Numbered from the stretch's first letter, positions 45,458 through 55,259 are shown. The stretch is 62,767 nt of DNA from Defluviitaleaceae bacterium (GCA_009785595.1 WQVZ01000002.1:1-62767), one strand, 5' to 3'. The notes: generated by a model not told the origin, from the letters alone. Translations and numbers: made by a program.

Positions 45458-45486
45458 TTGACACAATAAAGAATATGGTTTATAAT
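45458..45486 (+). promoter_or_regulatory. sigma-A promoter of the tRNA Glu-Cys-Leu cluster
   Basis: TTGACA, 17 nt, then TATAAT. Confidence 0.6.
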
Positions 45487-45512
45487 TACTCTCGTTGCTC
45501 CACCAAAACCAA

Positions 45513-45584
45513 GGCCCGTTGGTCAAGGGGTTAAGACACCGCCCTTTCACGGCGGTAACAAGGGTTCGAATCCCTTACGGGTCA
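45513..45584 (+). tRNA. tRNA-Glu (anticodon UUC)
   Basis: Anticodon arm CCGCC-CTTTCAC-GGCGG, T-loop TTCGAAT. Confidence 0.85.
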
Positions 45585-45610
45585 TTTTAACAGCCATAAC
45601 CGCAAAACAC

Positions 45611-45681
45611 GGCGCCATAGCCAAGTGGTAAGGCAGAGGACTGCAACTCCTTTACCCCCGGTTCAAATCCGGGTGGCGCCT
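45611..45681 (+). tRNA. tRNA-Cys (anticodon GCA)
   Basis: Acceptor GGCGCCA/TGGCGCC, anticodon loop CTGCAAC. Confidence 0.85.
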
Positions 45682-45696
45682 TAATCTGCACCAAAT

Positions 45697-45780
45697 GCCC
45701 AAGTGGCGGAATTGGTAGACGCACAGGACTTAAAATCCTGCGGTAGCAATACCGTGCCGGTTCGATTCCGGCCTTGGGCA
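45697..45780 (+). tRNA. tRNA-Leu (anticodon UAA), long variable arm
   Basis: Anticodon arm CAGGA-CTTAAAA-TCCTG and a 15-nt variable arm. Confidence 0.85.
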
Positions 45781-46117
45781 TCATGATAAATACGGGCTTT
45801 CCGATACATCGGATGGTTCGTATTTTTTTAGATTTTTAGTCCTTTACCCCTCATTTCTAACAAATTTCTAACAACCTAACCTCCGGCAACTGAAATTTGG
45901 TATTGAGAGCATCGGCAACCAGCGGCCTCCACACTTGCCAGTGCGGCGCACTCCCAAGTTAGCCTTTCACGATAACATAAGAAAGAGCTATATTGGGGTA
46001 GATTGATGCGCCAACCACGCAAAAAAATGGAAGAAGTGATACTAAGATCTGTGCAAGGGATTCGGGGGTTCTTTACAAGCGTCAAACTGATTCTTTCCAA
46101 GAAAAATCGAGTTGCAC

Positions 46118-46440
46118 TTATCGCAAATGCGTTCTTTTGATGTATTTTGCTATATTATCATAATCATTATATATAAATTTTTCATTTATCCCGATAATGT
46201 CCAACTCTCTCCGTATTTGCAATTTGTCAATAATTTCAAAGGTTATATCAGGTTTTATCCTTTGAATCATGGGATCAAACAAGAAATCTTCATAGCAGAA
46301 GTCAGATAAATACTGCTGCTGTATAAATATTGATGATTGATTGTCTATTCGAGGATTAATCAATGGTGGATTATATGCAAAATAGAAAGGAAGATCGATA
46401 TTTTTAATGCCATAGCGATACCTAGGCGATAATTGGGTTT
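46118..46440 (-). pseudogene. FRG-domain gene remnant (C-terminal half only)
   Basis: ...NPPLINPRIDNQSSIFIQ...IIDKLQIRRELDIIGINEKFIYNDYDNIAKYI matches the C-terminal FRG pattern (N-x-R-I-x-x-Q, GI...lfpD). No N-terminal part and no start codon context. The patch is AT-rich. Confidence 0.5.
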
Positions 46441-46538
46441 TAATAATTCTAAGTACATGCGGTATGTGCTATACAAATAGCAAGCGAGCAAAGCAAAAAC
46501 CACCCTTAGCAAGAAGGGTGGTTTTAAAAAGCTGTTTA

Positions 46539-47126
46539 TTATCTTCTGGTGTATTCAAATGACATTCCGGCAATAGTGCGGCTGGTTAATGTAAGTCTGT
46601 TTCCGTCCAATGTGTAATCCCATTCTGTGGGAGCAATACAATTTGTGCCGCATAGGTCGGGGGTAACGCAAATAGACAATACCCTATTAACTGCCGTCCA
46701 TCGTATATTGCTTCCGGCCATTGTTCCTTGGTTGTTGGCCTGCAACACGTAATAAGGTGTACCCATCCAATACCACGTACCCACCAAAGTTGATGCCGGT
46801 TGAGCTTGTGTGGTAGCAGGGGGTTGTTCGGTTGCCTCACTTGATACCAATACAGCGTTATTGGCTCCATCCCAGTCCACACTATAGCCCATGGCTTCCA
46901 ACACTGCTCTTACAGGCATATAATTGCTAAAAAAGCCTGGGTTTTCCTCTGTTACTATAGACACTAAAGGCATATCTAAGTCAAGCTCGACACCATCAAA
47001 AATAACTCTGTTGGTGTTGAATGTAGCTGAAGCTATTGCGCCAGATGCCAAGACAGTGGTTCCGACCAAAAGCACACCTACAATAAGCCCAACTACAAAA
47101 CCCTTTACATTTCTTAATTTCTCCAT
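46539..47126 (-). CDS. copper amine oxidase N-terminal (stalk) domain protein, membrane anchored
   Basis: Signal anchor plus MPVRAVLEAMGYSVDWDGANNAVLV motif. Confidence 0.6.
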   Translation of the reverse strand: MEKLRNVKGFVVGLIVGVLLVGTTVLASGAIASATFNTNRVIFDGVELDLDMPLVSIVTEENPGFFSNYMPVRAVLEAMGYSVDWDGANNAVLVSSEATEQPPATTQAQPASTLVGTWYWMGTPYYVLQANNQGTMAGSNIRWTAVNRVLSICVTPDLCGTNCIAPTEWDYTLDGNRLTLTSRTIAGMSFEYTRR

Positions 47127-47304
47127 ACTTTACAACCTCCATTAAAAATTTTGATATCGTTTAACATCGCAAATTGTAACATGTTTCGACAAAGAAATCA
47201 AATGTTTTTAAATTCCAGCAGTGGTTATATACGTCAAAATCTGTCGATGGGCCAGATCTAATCACGAATCAAAATTAATATCTGGCTGTTTGCGGGGCAA
47301 CATC

Positions 47305-47331
47305 CGGACGACCGAAGGCGGTCATCCCTAC
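47305..47331 (-). repeat. REP-like variant, copy 11
   Basis: CGGACGACCG-AAGG-CGGTCATCCCTAC. Confidence 0.45.
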
Positions 47332-47353
47332 GGATATCCTGCTAATGTCGTGT

Positions 47354-47377
47354 GCAGGGGCGGCATTTTGCCGCCTG
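47354..47377 (+). repeat. REP-like GC hairpin, copy 12 (opposite orientation)
   Basis: GCAGGGGCGGCA-TTT-TGCCGCCTG. Confidence 0.6.
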
Positions 47378-47388
47378 TAATCCGTGTG

Positions 47389-49563
47389 TTATTCCGGTAT
47401 ACTTTCCTGATGCAACCGATTTACGGCGGTAACAACAAAATTATAATCGGTATAATTAGCCATGGATATCCCGTGGCGATAGGCATTCTGCCCGACCACA
47501 GCGGGAATTATGGCGTAAATATTGGCGGGATTGTCTGCGTCTACCACTGCCCTGCGAGAACGATAAATAACAAAATACCGCGGCCGCACAAGCTGACTGG
47601 TGCTAAATTCACCATTAAGCCAATATATTGCGCCATCTTCCACACGCACACTGCGGGGTGCACCAGGTGCCGTACCACCAAGGTGCTTATGTGCCGGCAC
47701 CAGGGCCGGATAGCGCCAGGCCCCTGCCACAAGGGCGTCCATGGCATAAGATGTACCGTCAATCCGGCCGGGACGTATGTGGTTGTGAGCAAATATCATA
47801 GAACCGTGAATGTTTGGGTTACCCAAATTATAATGCTCTTGCCGCAAAAATGTACGCACGCCCTCCATCTCGTAGCCTTCGGCATTACGCCATTTGGCGG
47901 GGGGATTTTCCGCCATACGGTACAGGCCCAGGCCAATGTACAGGCGGGTTGTGGTATATGCGCCATCAGAATTACGCATGTGGCCATATGGGCCGTAGTC
48001 GAAAACAAGACGGCTCCACCAGTCGGCAATAGGGCCATAGGGCGCGGCAGGCAGGCTCCAATCCCAGTATATTTGCGGAGTAATGTAGTCGATGAAATTA
48101 TAGATAATCCAGCGGCGCGTGTCGGCAAAAGACGAGTGATAATTTGACCAGCTGGTGGTGGAAGCACTGCCGGTATACGGCGTAACACCGCCACCGTCAA
48201 GGCCTGTGGTGCCGTTGCCGCTTATCCATACGCCGCCGGGGCTTATGCCAAACTGCACCCAAGGGGCGGCGGCTTTTATGGCCTCGTTGACTTCACGTAT
48301 AAGCAGCTCGGTATTTTCCCGCCGCCAGTTAGCGCGGCCAAGGGGTGTGTTGGGATGGGTGGTGTTGTAACGGGCAAATGCCACATCGTCATTCCATCCG
48401 CTTGGATAAAAATAATCATCAAAATGTATGGCGCATATGTCGTAATTTTCCACAACTTCCATCACCCGGTCTACAATCCACTGGCGGGCGGCGGGTACAC
48501 CGGGGTCAAGGACATACCGGCCTTCGCCCAAGGCGATGTATTCCCCCATGGTGTTAAAGGGATTGCCGGGTATGGTCGCCCATTCTGCCCTAATTTCTGA
48601 CAGATCCGTAATGATTTCGCCGGTAGAGGACAGGGTTATACCGTCTCCGCGGGTATATGATATCAAGGAATGAGTAATGCGATAGGGGTTAAGCCAGGCG
48701 TGAAGCTCCATTGTGCGCTCGCGGGCTAATTCCACTGCATATGCCAGGGGGTCAAAGACATTGCCGTTAGAATCCAGCAGTTGGCCGGTGAAATTGGTTT
48801 CGCCGGTAAGCCAGGCCGACCATGGCACCAATGCGGAATTATAAAAAGCATCACCCGTGGGGCTTATTTGGAAGATAACGGCGTTCATATTGCGGGCGGC
48901 CATTTGGTCAAAACGCAGGCGCAGCTCATATTTTTGCCTGTCTACATGATACGGTGTGGTGCCGCGGGCCTCCACACTTGGCCAGTCTATATTTATCACC
49001 GTGGCTATCCATGCGGCGCGCAGGTGGCGTTTTTGCGGCACATCCTCGCCTAGGGCAATAGTGGCCAGGTATGGGCGATATCGGCTGTAATAATCTATAA
49101 TGCTGTAGCGAAAGGTGTTGATGGCGTCCAATAGGGCATATGTGTCCTCATCAGCTTTTGCGGCGTAAATAGCATCGGCAAAGGCGGCGATGTCACGGGG
49201 ATAATGGCGGCCGGCGCGGATGTTGGGGCCGTAAGGTGCGGCGGCGGACAGGCGGTTTTGGGCATAACGCAGCAGGGCAGCAAATTCTCCGTTTTCGTAC
49301 CCGTTTTCGTATATATATTCAAGCTTCGGCACTTCTGGGGCAGGCTCTTCCGCCACTGTGTCGTCATCGGGATACTCTGCGGCATCTGTCGGTGCCGCGC
49401 CCGGCTTTTCTGCGGCATAGGTTTCCGGATATTGGCCGTGGGATAGTGATGTTACGATAATGATGGCAGCTATCAGCAGGGCTACTGCAATGCATAGCCC
49501 AATTATAGCTCGTTGCAATCGGCGCGTTTTCAAGGATATACCTCCGGACGTCGTTTTTTTCAT
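47389..49563 (-). CDS. glycoside hydrolase-like family 10 (GHL10/YngK-like) protein
   Basis: Signal anchor. AAWIATVINIDWPS and FDDYFYP blocks are typical of GHL10. Confidence 0.7.
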   Translation of the reverse strand: MKKTTSGGISLKTRRLQRAIIGLCIAVALLIAAIIIVTSLSHGQYPETYAAEKPGAAPTDAAEYPDDDTVAEEPAPEVPKLEYIYENGYENGEFAALLRYAQNRLSAAAPYGPNIRAGRHYPRDIAAFADAIYAAKADEDTYALLDAINTFRYSIIDYYSRYRPYLATIALGEDVPQKRHLRAAWIATVINIDWPSVEARGTTPYHVDRQKYELRLRFDQMAARNMNAVIFQISPTGDAFYNSALVPWSAWLTGETNFTGQLLDSNGNVFDPLAYAVELARERTMELHAWLNPYRITHSLISYTRGDGITLSSTGEIITDLSEIRAEWATIPGNPFNTMGEYIALGEGRYVLDPGVPAARQWIVDRVMEVVENYDICAIHFDDYFYPSGWNDDVAFARYNTTHPNTPLGRANWRRENTELLIREVNEAIKAAAPWVQFGISPGGVWISGNGTTGLDGGGVTPYTGSASTTSWSNYHSSFADTRRWIIYNFIDYITPQIYWDWSLPAAPYGPIADWWSRLVFDYGPYGHMRNSDGAYTTTRLYIGLGLYRMAENPPAKWRNAEGYEMEGVRTFLRQEHYNLGNPNIHGSMIFAHNHIRPGRIDGTSYAMDALVAGAWRYPALVPAHKHLGGTAPGAPRSVRVEDGAIYWLNGEFSTSQLVRPRYFVIYRSRRAVVDADNPANIYAIIPAVVGQNAYRHGISMANYTDYNFVVTAVNRLHQESIPE

Positions 49564-49628
49564 TATACAACAAATTTCTTGAGCTTGGCAAATATTTGTG
49601 GTAAAATCGCCGTAAAGGGAGTGATAGC

Positions 49629-50084
49629 GTGGAATATACTTATGATTCGCCTGTAGGCAAGTTGCTTATAATTTATGATGACGACCATGTGACAGGGCTT
49701 TACTTTGACAAAGAACAGACAGCGGAGCATGTACATAATGCCGTAATAGACCAATGCGTGCGGGAGCTGGATGAGTACTTTAACCGGCAGCGCACAGACT
49801 TTGATGTGCCGGTAAAGGCCCGCGGCACGGCGTTTCAGGCGGATGTTTGGGCGGCATTATGCCGTATACCTTATGGCAATGTGGTGTCTTACGGGCATAT
49901 TGCCCAAGAAATTGGCAACCCCAAGGCCAGTAGGGCGGTGGGTATGGCTAATAACAAAAACCCCATATCTATCATTGTGCCATGCCATAGGGTTGTTGGC
50001 GCAAATGGCAAAATGGTGGGCTATGGCGGCGGACTGTGGCGCAAGGAATGGCTGCTGGCCCACGAAAACAATCAAAAGCCTTGA
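49629..50084 (+). CDS. ogt: methylated-DNA--protein-cysteine methyltransferase
   Basis: PCHRVVGANG active site. GTG start follows a GGGAG RBS. Confidence 0.85.
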   Translation: MEYTYDSPVGKLLIIYDDDHVTGLYFDKEQTAEHVHNAVIDQCVRELDEYFNRQRTDFDVPVKARGTAFQADVWAALCRIPYGNVVSYGHIAQEIGNPKASRAVGMANNKNPISIIVPCHRVVGANGKMVGYGGGLWRKEWLLAHENNQKP

Positions 50085-50095
50085 AAACAAAAGGA

Positions 50096-50124
50096 AAAGC
50101 CTCTTATATCAAGAGGCTTTTTTT
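50096..50124. terminator. bidirectional terminator
   Basis: AAAGCCTCTT-ATATC-AAGAGGCTTT followed by TTTT. Confidence 0.75.
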
Positions 50125-50131
50125 ACACATA

Positions 50132-50203
50132 AGCGGGTGATGGGAATCGAACCCACGCATTCAGCTTGGAAGGCTGATGTTCTAGCCATTGAACCACACC
50201 CGC
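50132..50203 (-). tRNA. tRNA-Gly (anticodon UCC)
   Basis: Reverse complement GCGGGTG...TCAGC-CTTCCAA-GCTGA...CACCCGCT. Confidence 0.85.
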
Positions 50204-50289
50204 ATATTGTGGAGGAAGTCATATGTGTTTGACGACTCTCTCCACCTAAGTCATAATAAATTATTTTTTGGGGTTTGTCAAGCACTACT

Positions 50290-51906
50290 TTATGCAAACA
50301 GTTTTTCTTTCCTTAACAGCAGATAAAACACCGCCGTGCCTATTGTCGCCACGGCCAAAATTAACACTTGTATTAGCATAATGTGGCTGAAAAACACGAT
50401 GGCTAGGAATATAAAGCCAGCGTTAAGCACCATGCCGCCAAAGAGGACGATGTATATGGATGCGCTGTGGCCTTTTAGTAGCTGGTATTCGCTGGCCCAG
50501 TCGTAGCGGGGAAATTTGGCGTTGACATACATGGCAAAGACGGATTCGAAGACGCAATACACAATGGGGATAAGGTACATAAAAGCGATGGTAAGAGGGT
50601 CGGGTCTTAGGGTGATAACGAGAGCGGTGGAGGCTATAACAGCCGCCGGCACCATGATGGATATGGACATGGCTATTTTGGATTTAAAAATGGTGATGGC
50701 GGGTAGGGGCAGGGAGCACATTATCCAGCGGTTTTTGCCCTCAAGCGACAGCGCCACCGCGGTTATGGGCATTATGCCCACCATAAATATAATGGCTAAG
50801 GGGGATACCTGGGCTATGGTGTTTAGGATGTCTTCGGGGTAAAGGCCAGGTATGTCGTAAAGGCCTAAAAAGCCGATGAAAGATTCCGGCCCAACGAAGG
50901 CTATTATCACCGCTACCGCAACGGTGATAAGTGGCCCCATAACAGCGTTTAGGGCATAGGTGACATTGGATGTAATGCGGCGGGCTTCACGTTTGTACAT
51001 TGCCATGAATGGGCTGCCGGCCTTTAGTGTGCCCAGCTTGAAGTTGCGCTTTTTGCCAAAGGAGGACACCCGGGTGTTTATTTTTGTGTAAAACCTGGAC
51101 ACAACGACCGTGTACAGAAAAAACACGCCCAAAGACACCAAGGCAAACAGGCCAAAGCTAAGCCAATTGGCATTAACAATGCCATCAGATAACCATGCCG
51201 CCGGGGGATAAAACTGGCCTAACAAAGTGCTTACCACAACGCCAAAATCCGCAACCTGCTCTATATTTGTCATCATCACCGGCAAATCCATGGTGAAAAT
51301 AAAATAGAAATACGCCCCAAGGGCGGCCAGGGCCAGTACAATGCCCAGTAGGTTTTTGTATTTAAAGCGCGATGTGATGGCGGTTAGCAGGGTACCCACA
51401 AGTATCACGGCTATCATGGGTATCATAGGAGCCAAAAAGGCGGCCAGAATGTACATGATATAACCGTGGAGGGTTGGCTGACCGTGTATGCCGTATAATA
51501 CCATGGCCGGGCCAAAAATAATAAGGCTGAAGGCCAAATTGGCGATATATACCATGGTAAGGCGGCTTAGCACCACCGCAAAGCTGTTAACGGGCAGGGA
51601 CATCACCAGGTCATAATCTTTGTGGCCAAAAAGCACGCCGCTGGCTTTTAAAAATGTGGTGACAACAATAAAAAGCGAAGCCGTAACTAGATTTATGATA
51701 GGCAATTGGTCTGCCATACCCATTAATGCCGGCCCAAGACTGATAAAATAACTGATGGCAACAAAGCCACCCACAAGCACAAAACCGCCAATGGCCAGCA
51801 ATATCAGTCGCAACAACGCGGCATTGCTTTTGGAATGTATGGTCTTGTTGATGGAGAACGTGGCCAGCATTTGGAGGCGCAGGAGCACGAAGTATTTACG
51901 AATCAT
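50290..51906 (-). CDS. ABC exporter permease (putative ABC_export-type, about 12 TM segments)
   Basis: Large polytopic protein. Start ATG 51906 overlaps the ATPase stop by 11 nt. Confidence 0.6.
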   Translation of the reverse strand: MIRKYFVLLRLQMLATFSINKTIHSKSNAALLRLILLAIGGFVLVGGFVAISYFISLGPALMGMADQLPIINLVTASLFIVVTTFLKASGVLFGHKDYDLVMSLPVNSFAVVLSRLTMVYIANLAFSLIIFGPAMVLYGIHGQPTLHGYIMYILAAFLAPMIPMIAVILVGTLLTAITSRFKYKNLLGIVLALAALGAYFYFIFTMDLPVMMTNIEQVADFGVVVSTLLGQFYPPAAWLSDGIVNANWLSFGLFALVSLGVFFLYTVVVSRFYTKINTRVSSFGKKRNFKLGTLKAGSPFMAMYKREARRITSNVTYALNAVMGPLITVAVAVIIAFVGPESFIGFLGLYDIPGLYPEDILNTIAQVSPLAIIFMVGIMPITAVALSLEGKNRWIMCSLPLPAITIFKSKIAMSISIMVPAAVIASTALVITLRPDPLTIAFMYLIPIVYCVFESVFAMYVNAKFPRYDWASEYQLLKGHSASIYIVLFGGMVLNAGFIFLAIVFFSHIMLIQVLILAVATIGTAVFYLLLRKEKLFA

Positions 51907-52621
51907 CCCGAGCCACCTCCAGGAAAATATCTTCCAGGGAGCTATCCCCAAGGACGGTCTCGGTAGCACCTGATGTTACCAGTCTGCCGTCTTTTATTAT
52001 GCCAATTTTGTTACACAGTTTTTCCACCACCACAAGTATGTGGCTGGAGAAAAATATGGCAGAACCGCCGGCGCACAGCTCGTGCATCATTTCGCGCAGT
52101 TTTACCGTGGCAACGGGATCCAGGCCGATAAAAGGCTCATCTAATATCAGCAGCTTTGGCTGGTGCATAAAGGCGGCTATCAGCGAGCACTTTTGCTTCA
52201 TGCCGTGGGAATATGATGATATTAAATCTCCAAGGCTGGATGTCATGTCAAACATGCCGGCATATTTCTCTATACGGGCCTGGCGCAAGTCGCGCTCTAC
52301 ACCATAAATATCGGCAATGTAATTAAGATATTGTATGCCTGTAATGTACTCATACAGGTCAGGCTTGTCGGGAATATAGGCAATACGGGATTTTGTAGCC
52401 ACGGGGTCGTCTTTTACATTGTGGCCCTCCACCAAAATGGTGCCTTCTTCATAATCCAGCACTCCAACCACAGCACGTATGGTTGTGGTCTTGCCGGCAC
52501 CGTTGTGGCCAATAAAGCCATACACATCACCGGGGGCCACGCTAAGGGTTAAATCATCCACTGCCCGCTTGCCGCCGGTATAAATCTTTGAAAAATTCCT
52601 GATGTCCAAAATGTTTTGCAT
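51896..52621 (-). CDS. ABC transporter ATP-binding protein
   Basis: Walker A GHNGAGKTT, signature YSHGMKQK, Walker B LLILDEP. GGAGGGA RBS precedes ATG 52621. Confidence 0.9.
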   Translation of the reverse strand: MQNILDIRNFSKIYTGGKRAVDDLTLSVAPGDVYGFIGHNGAGKTTTIRAVVGVLDYEEGTILVEGHNVKDDPVATKSRIAYIPDKPDLYEYITGIQYLNYIADIYGVERDLRQARIEKYAGMFDMTSSLGDLISSYSHGMKQKCSLIAAFMHQPKLLILDEPFIGLDPVATVKLREMMHELCAGGSAIFFSSHILVVVEKLCNKIGIIKDGRLVTSGATETVLGDSSLEDIFLEVARDDS

Positions 52622-52703
52622 ATATTCCCTCCTTGAAACAAAAATAACATTAGCGCAATATATACGCGCAGTAGGCCTGAGAAGTCTGTGTGTGGCAAAA
52701 AAT

Positions 52704-52729
52704 GAGCGACCACAGGTCGCCCGTATACA
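52704..52729 (-). repeat. REP-like variant, copy 13
   Basis: GAGCGACC-ACA-GGTCGCCCGTATACA. Confidence 0.45.
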
Positions 52730-52747
52730 AGAAGGCATGACGGGTAC

Positions 52748-53323
52748 TTAAAAACCGTCAAACATCCTCGTCGCAAAGCCTATACGGCCCCTGCCGGACA
52801 GGTCTGCGGTCTCATCCATGGCCATCTCTACGGCATATTTATCCGGGTCGTCATGGTCTGTGTAGACAGTGGCCACAAGACCCGCGGCGTCCAAATCCAG
52901 CCAGGTAAATGGCCTGCTGGTTGCTGTGGTCTTCATGCCATATTTGTTTGTATAGGTGCATTGGGCGGTGACAACCACATAAGACGCATTGTTGATGCGG
53001 ATGTTATATCTACGGTCGAGGCGTATAATTTCGGCATTGTGGCGCATACCATGATCTTTAAGGTCTTCCAGGGTTTTAATATGGCGTCTGCGGCTTAGGG
53101 TCAAAATTAAGCCCGGGATAAACATACCCAGGCCGGAAAGACCAAAAGGCCCGCCAAGGATAAGGGGCATAAAAGGGCCTACGGCACCCAGGGATTGGTC
53201 TGTGGACACAGCAAAGCCTATGCCTGCCATCATTATTGCGAGAAGCAGAAAAATGCTGCCTACCAGCAATAGAATAAAGCCCACAATGCCGCCTGGGTTT
53301 TTTAATAATTGGGAATGTCTCAT
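52748..53323 (-). CDS. DUF3592-like membrane protein
   Basis: Two or three N-terminal TM segments plus a beta-rich C-terminal domain. Confidence 0.45.
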   Translation of the reverse strand: MRHSQLLKNPGGIVGFILLLVGSIFLLLAIMMAGIGFAVSTDQSLGAVGPFMPLILGGPFGLSGLGMFIPGLILTLSRRRHIKTLEDLKDHGMRHNAEIIRLDRRYNIRINNASYVVVTAQCTYTNKYGMKTTATSRPFTWLDLDAAGLVATVYTDHDDPDKYAVEMAMDETADLSGRGRIGFATRMFDGF

Positions 53324-53348
53324 GAATACCTCCCTAAACTTGTGTGGA

Positions 53349-53372
53349 CGGGCGGCAAAATGCCGCCCCTAC
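53349..53372 (-). repeat. REP-like GC hairpin, copy 14
   Basis: CGGGCGGCA-AAA-TGCCGCCCCTAC. Confidence 0.75.
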
Positions 53373-53402
53373 GGTAAACAACCAAAAGCTGGTAATATAA
53401 TC

Positions 53403-54257
53403 TTACACAATCAACCCCAGCTTTTTAATCAAGCCGGGCAAAGCCAACTCAAAGGCCACACCATAGCGGCGTTCTTGGTCTAAATCCACTGTGATGCATA
53501 TGCATTCGTATACATAATCACAGGCTATCTGGGTGGCCTGGGCCAGCGTGTTGCCCGCCAACAGGCCGGACAACAGGGTAGAGCCGAAAACATCCCCCGT
53601 GCCGTGGAAATAGCCATCTATGCGGGGCGCAAAGACATAATCTATCTGATTTTGGGCGGCATCATATATGGCGGCACCCAGCTTTGCCTCATCAAACCAC
53701 GCACCGGTAAGCACTACTTTTTTTGGGCCAAGGGCCGCCAATTTGCGCAGCAGCTTTTCGATATATGGCTTGTCATATGGGCCTTCGCGGTATTCTTCAT
53801 CTACCATAAAGCAGGCCTCGGTAATGTTGGGTATTATAATATCCGCCCCGGCGCACAGGCGGGCCATACCCTTGGCCATTTCGGGGCTGTATATGGTATA
53901 CAGTTTGCCATTGTCAGCCATAACCGGGTCCACAAGAATGATATTATCCGGGGTTTTGTATGTGGCAAAAAGCTCCGCCACCAGGTCTATTTGCTCAAAA
54001 GAACCCAAAAAACCGCTGTACAGGGCATCAAAACCCAGACCCAGGCCTTGCCAATGGGCCGATATGGGGCGTATGTCCTGGGTAAGATCGCGATAGGTAA
54101 AGCCCTCAAACCCGCCGGTGTGGGTGGATAGCACAGCCGTGGGCAGCACGCCGCAATCGTGGCCGGCGGCGGAAAGTATGGGCAGGGCAACCGTAAGAGA
54201 GCAGCGCCCCACGCAGGAAATATCATGTATGGCCATAACACGCTTTTGTTTTTTCAA
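53403..54257 (-). CDS. pdxK: pyridoxal/pyridoxamine kinase
   Basis: HDISCVGRCSLTVALPILSA N-terminus and a C-terminal GTGD motif. TTG start follows an AGGAGG RBS. Confidence 0.8.
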   Translation of the reverse strand: MKKQKRVMAIHDISCVGRCSLTVALPILSAAGHDCGVLPTAVLSTHTGGFEGFTYRDLTQDIRPISAHWQGLGLGFDALYSGFLGSFEQIDLVAELFATYKTPDNIILVDPVMADNGKLYTIYSPEMAKGMARLCAGADIIIPNITEACFMVDEEYREGPYDKPYIEKLLRKLAALGPKKVVLTGAWFDEAKLGAAIYDAAQNQIDYVFAPRIDGYFHGTGDVFGSTLLSGLLAGNTLAQATQIACDYVYECICITVDLDQERRYGVAFELALPGLIKKLGLIV

Positions 54258-54279
54258 AATGACTTCCTCCTTGTGTATG

Positions 54280-54307
54280 CGGGCGGATATGGAACCCGCC
54301 CCCTACA
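54280..54307 (-). repeat. REP-like GC hairpin, copy 15
   Basis: CGGGCGG-ATATGGAAC-CCGCCCCCTACA. Confidence 0.6.
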
Positions 54308-54395
54308 AATATCCAATATCTATATTCTACCACAACCTGGGCCACGGCTCAATCATAAATTAGCCCGGAGCGAATATAATTTCATGAGGTGGTGA

Positions 54396-54704
54396 ATGAT
54401 GGAGAATTCCGGGCTTAAAGCACTAAACGCGGCCATACCCCATGTTGACCTTAAATATCAAAAAAAGCTGGCCATAGCGGTGAAGATGATGGAGCTTAAA
54501 GAAATTTGCCGCCATTATGACAACCTGGAAGCCCAGGGGGCAAGGGCGCAAAACCCACGGTGGAAACAGGATATGATAAGTGCTGTTATGCCCTATTTAA
54601 GCGAGGAAAAACAGCAAGGCCTAAAAACCATGGCGCAGATGATGGAAATGCAGGAAGTGATGGCGAACTTTGAAGCTTTTAAGGAGTTGAGCGAGTGGAT
54701 ATAG
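54396..54704 (+). CDS. hypothetical small helical protein (102 aa)
   Basis: ORF with a GAGGTGGTG RBS. No recognisable family. Confidence 0.45.
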   Translation: MMENSGLKALNAAIPHVDLKYQKKLAIAVKMMELKEICRHYDNLEAQGARAQNPRWKQDMISAVMPYLSEEKQQGLKTMAQMMEMQEVMANFEAFKELSEWI

Positions 54705-54973
54705 AAAAAAACAACGAGCATAGGTATGGCGCGGCACTGGATATGCTAGAACCAGATATGGCCCAGCTGCTGGAGGAATTTTTGGGCAAAATAAAAGGCA
54801 AGGGCATTGGGGAGATGATGCCCATTCTGGCGGAATTTAAAAGCAGGCTGCCGAAGGACAGGGTTTTTACGCCGGAGGAAAAGGCGGCCATTGTGGAGGA
54901 GGCCTTGTCGGCCATGCCGGAAGACGAAAGAAACAGATATAAAACGTTTTTGAAGATGATGAAGATAGTTTAG
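54695..54973 (+). CDS. hypothetical small helical protein (92 aa)
   Basis: Overlaps the upstream ORF by 10 nt and is followed by a terminator. No recognisable family. Confidence 0.45.
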   Translation: MDIEKNNEHRYGAALDMLEPDMAQLLEEFLGKIKGKGIGEMMPILAEFKSRLPKDRVFTPEEKAAIVEEALSAMPEDERNRYKTFLKMMKIV

Positions 54974-54984
54974 GTATAGACAAA

Positions 54985-55022
54985 CGGGCGGCCACACAGG
55001 GCCGCCCGATGTTTTATTTTTT
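54985..55022 (+). terminator. rho-independent terminator
   Basis: CGGGCGGCC-ACACA-GGCCGCCCG followed by a T-rich tract. Confidence 0.8.
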
Positions 55023-55040
55023 GTAATGCATATGTCTTAC

Positions 55041-55238
55041 TTAAATCTCAAACTGTCCCTTGCTATCCCCATTTATCACGTAATAACACATTTTTTCCTC
55101 GGGCTTAAAATAAACTTCCATGCTGGCAAGGTCTTTCATCAAATTGCCCTCGCTTTTCCAAATTTCCTTCACAATATCGCTTAATTTTTTACAGTCGGTT
55201 TGTTCGCCGGCCAATTCCACATAATAGTCAATTTTCAT
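55041..55238 (-). CDS. hypothetical small protein (65 aa)
   Basis: MKIDYYVELAGEQTD...YFKPEEKMCYYVINGD. GGGAGGGA RBS precedes ATG 55238. Confidence 0.5.
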   Translation of the reverse strand: MKIDYYVELAGEQTDCKKLSDIVKEIWKSEGNLMKDLASMEVYFKPEEKMCYYVINGDSKGQFEI

Positions 55239-55259
55239 AGATATCCCTCCCGCATTATC

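Noticed and set aside
45587-45784. 65-aa minus-strand ORF.
   Set aside because: It lies entirely within the tRNA-Cys and tRNA-Leu genes and is an artefact of tRNA sequence.
45781-46117. Possible integrase or phage remnant downstream of tRNA-Leu (74-aa minus ORF 45876-46100 and a 44-codon plus ORF).
   Set aside because: No integrase or recombinase motifs appear in any frame I translated, and no att-like duplication of the tRNA 3' end is present.
47221-48147. 308-aa plus-strand ORF.
   Set aside because: It is antisense to the GHL10 gene and reads through two REP copies, with no family resemblance.
54985-55022. A GC hairpin resembling the REP family (CGGGCGGCC...GGCCGCCCG).
   Set aside because: It lacks the GTAG/CTAC head and is followed by a long T-tract, so I treated it as an ordinary intrinsic terminator.
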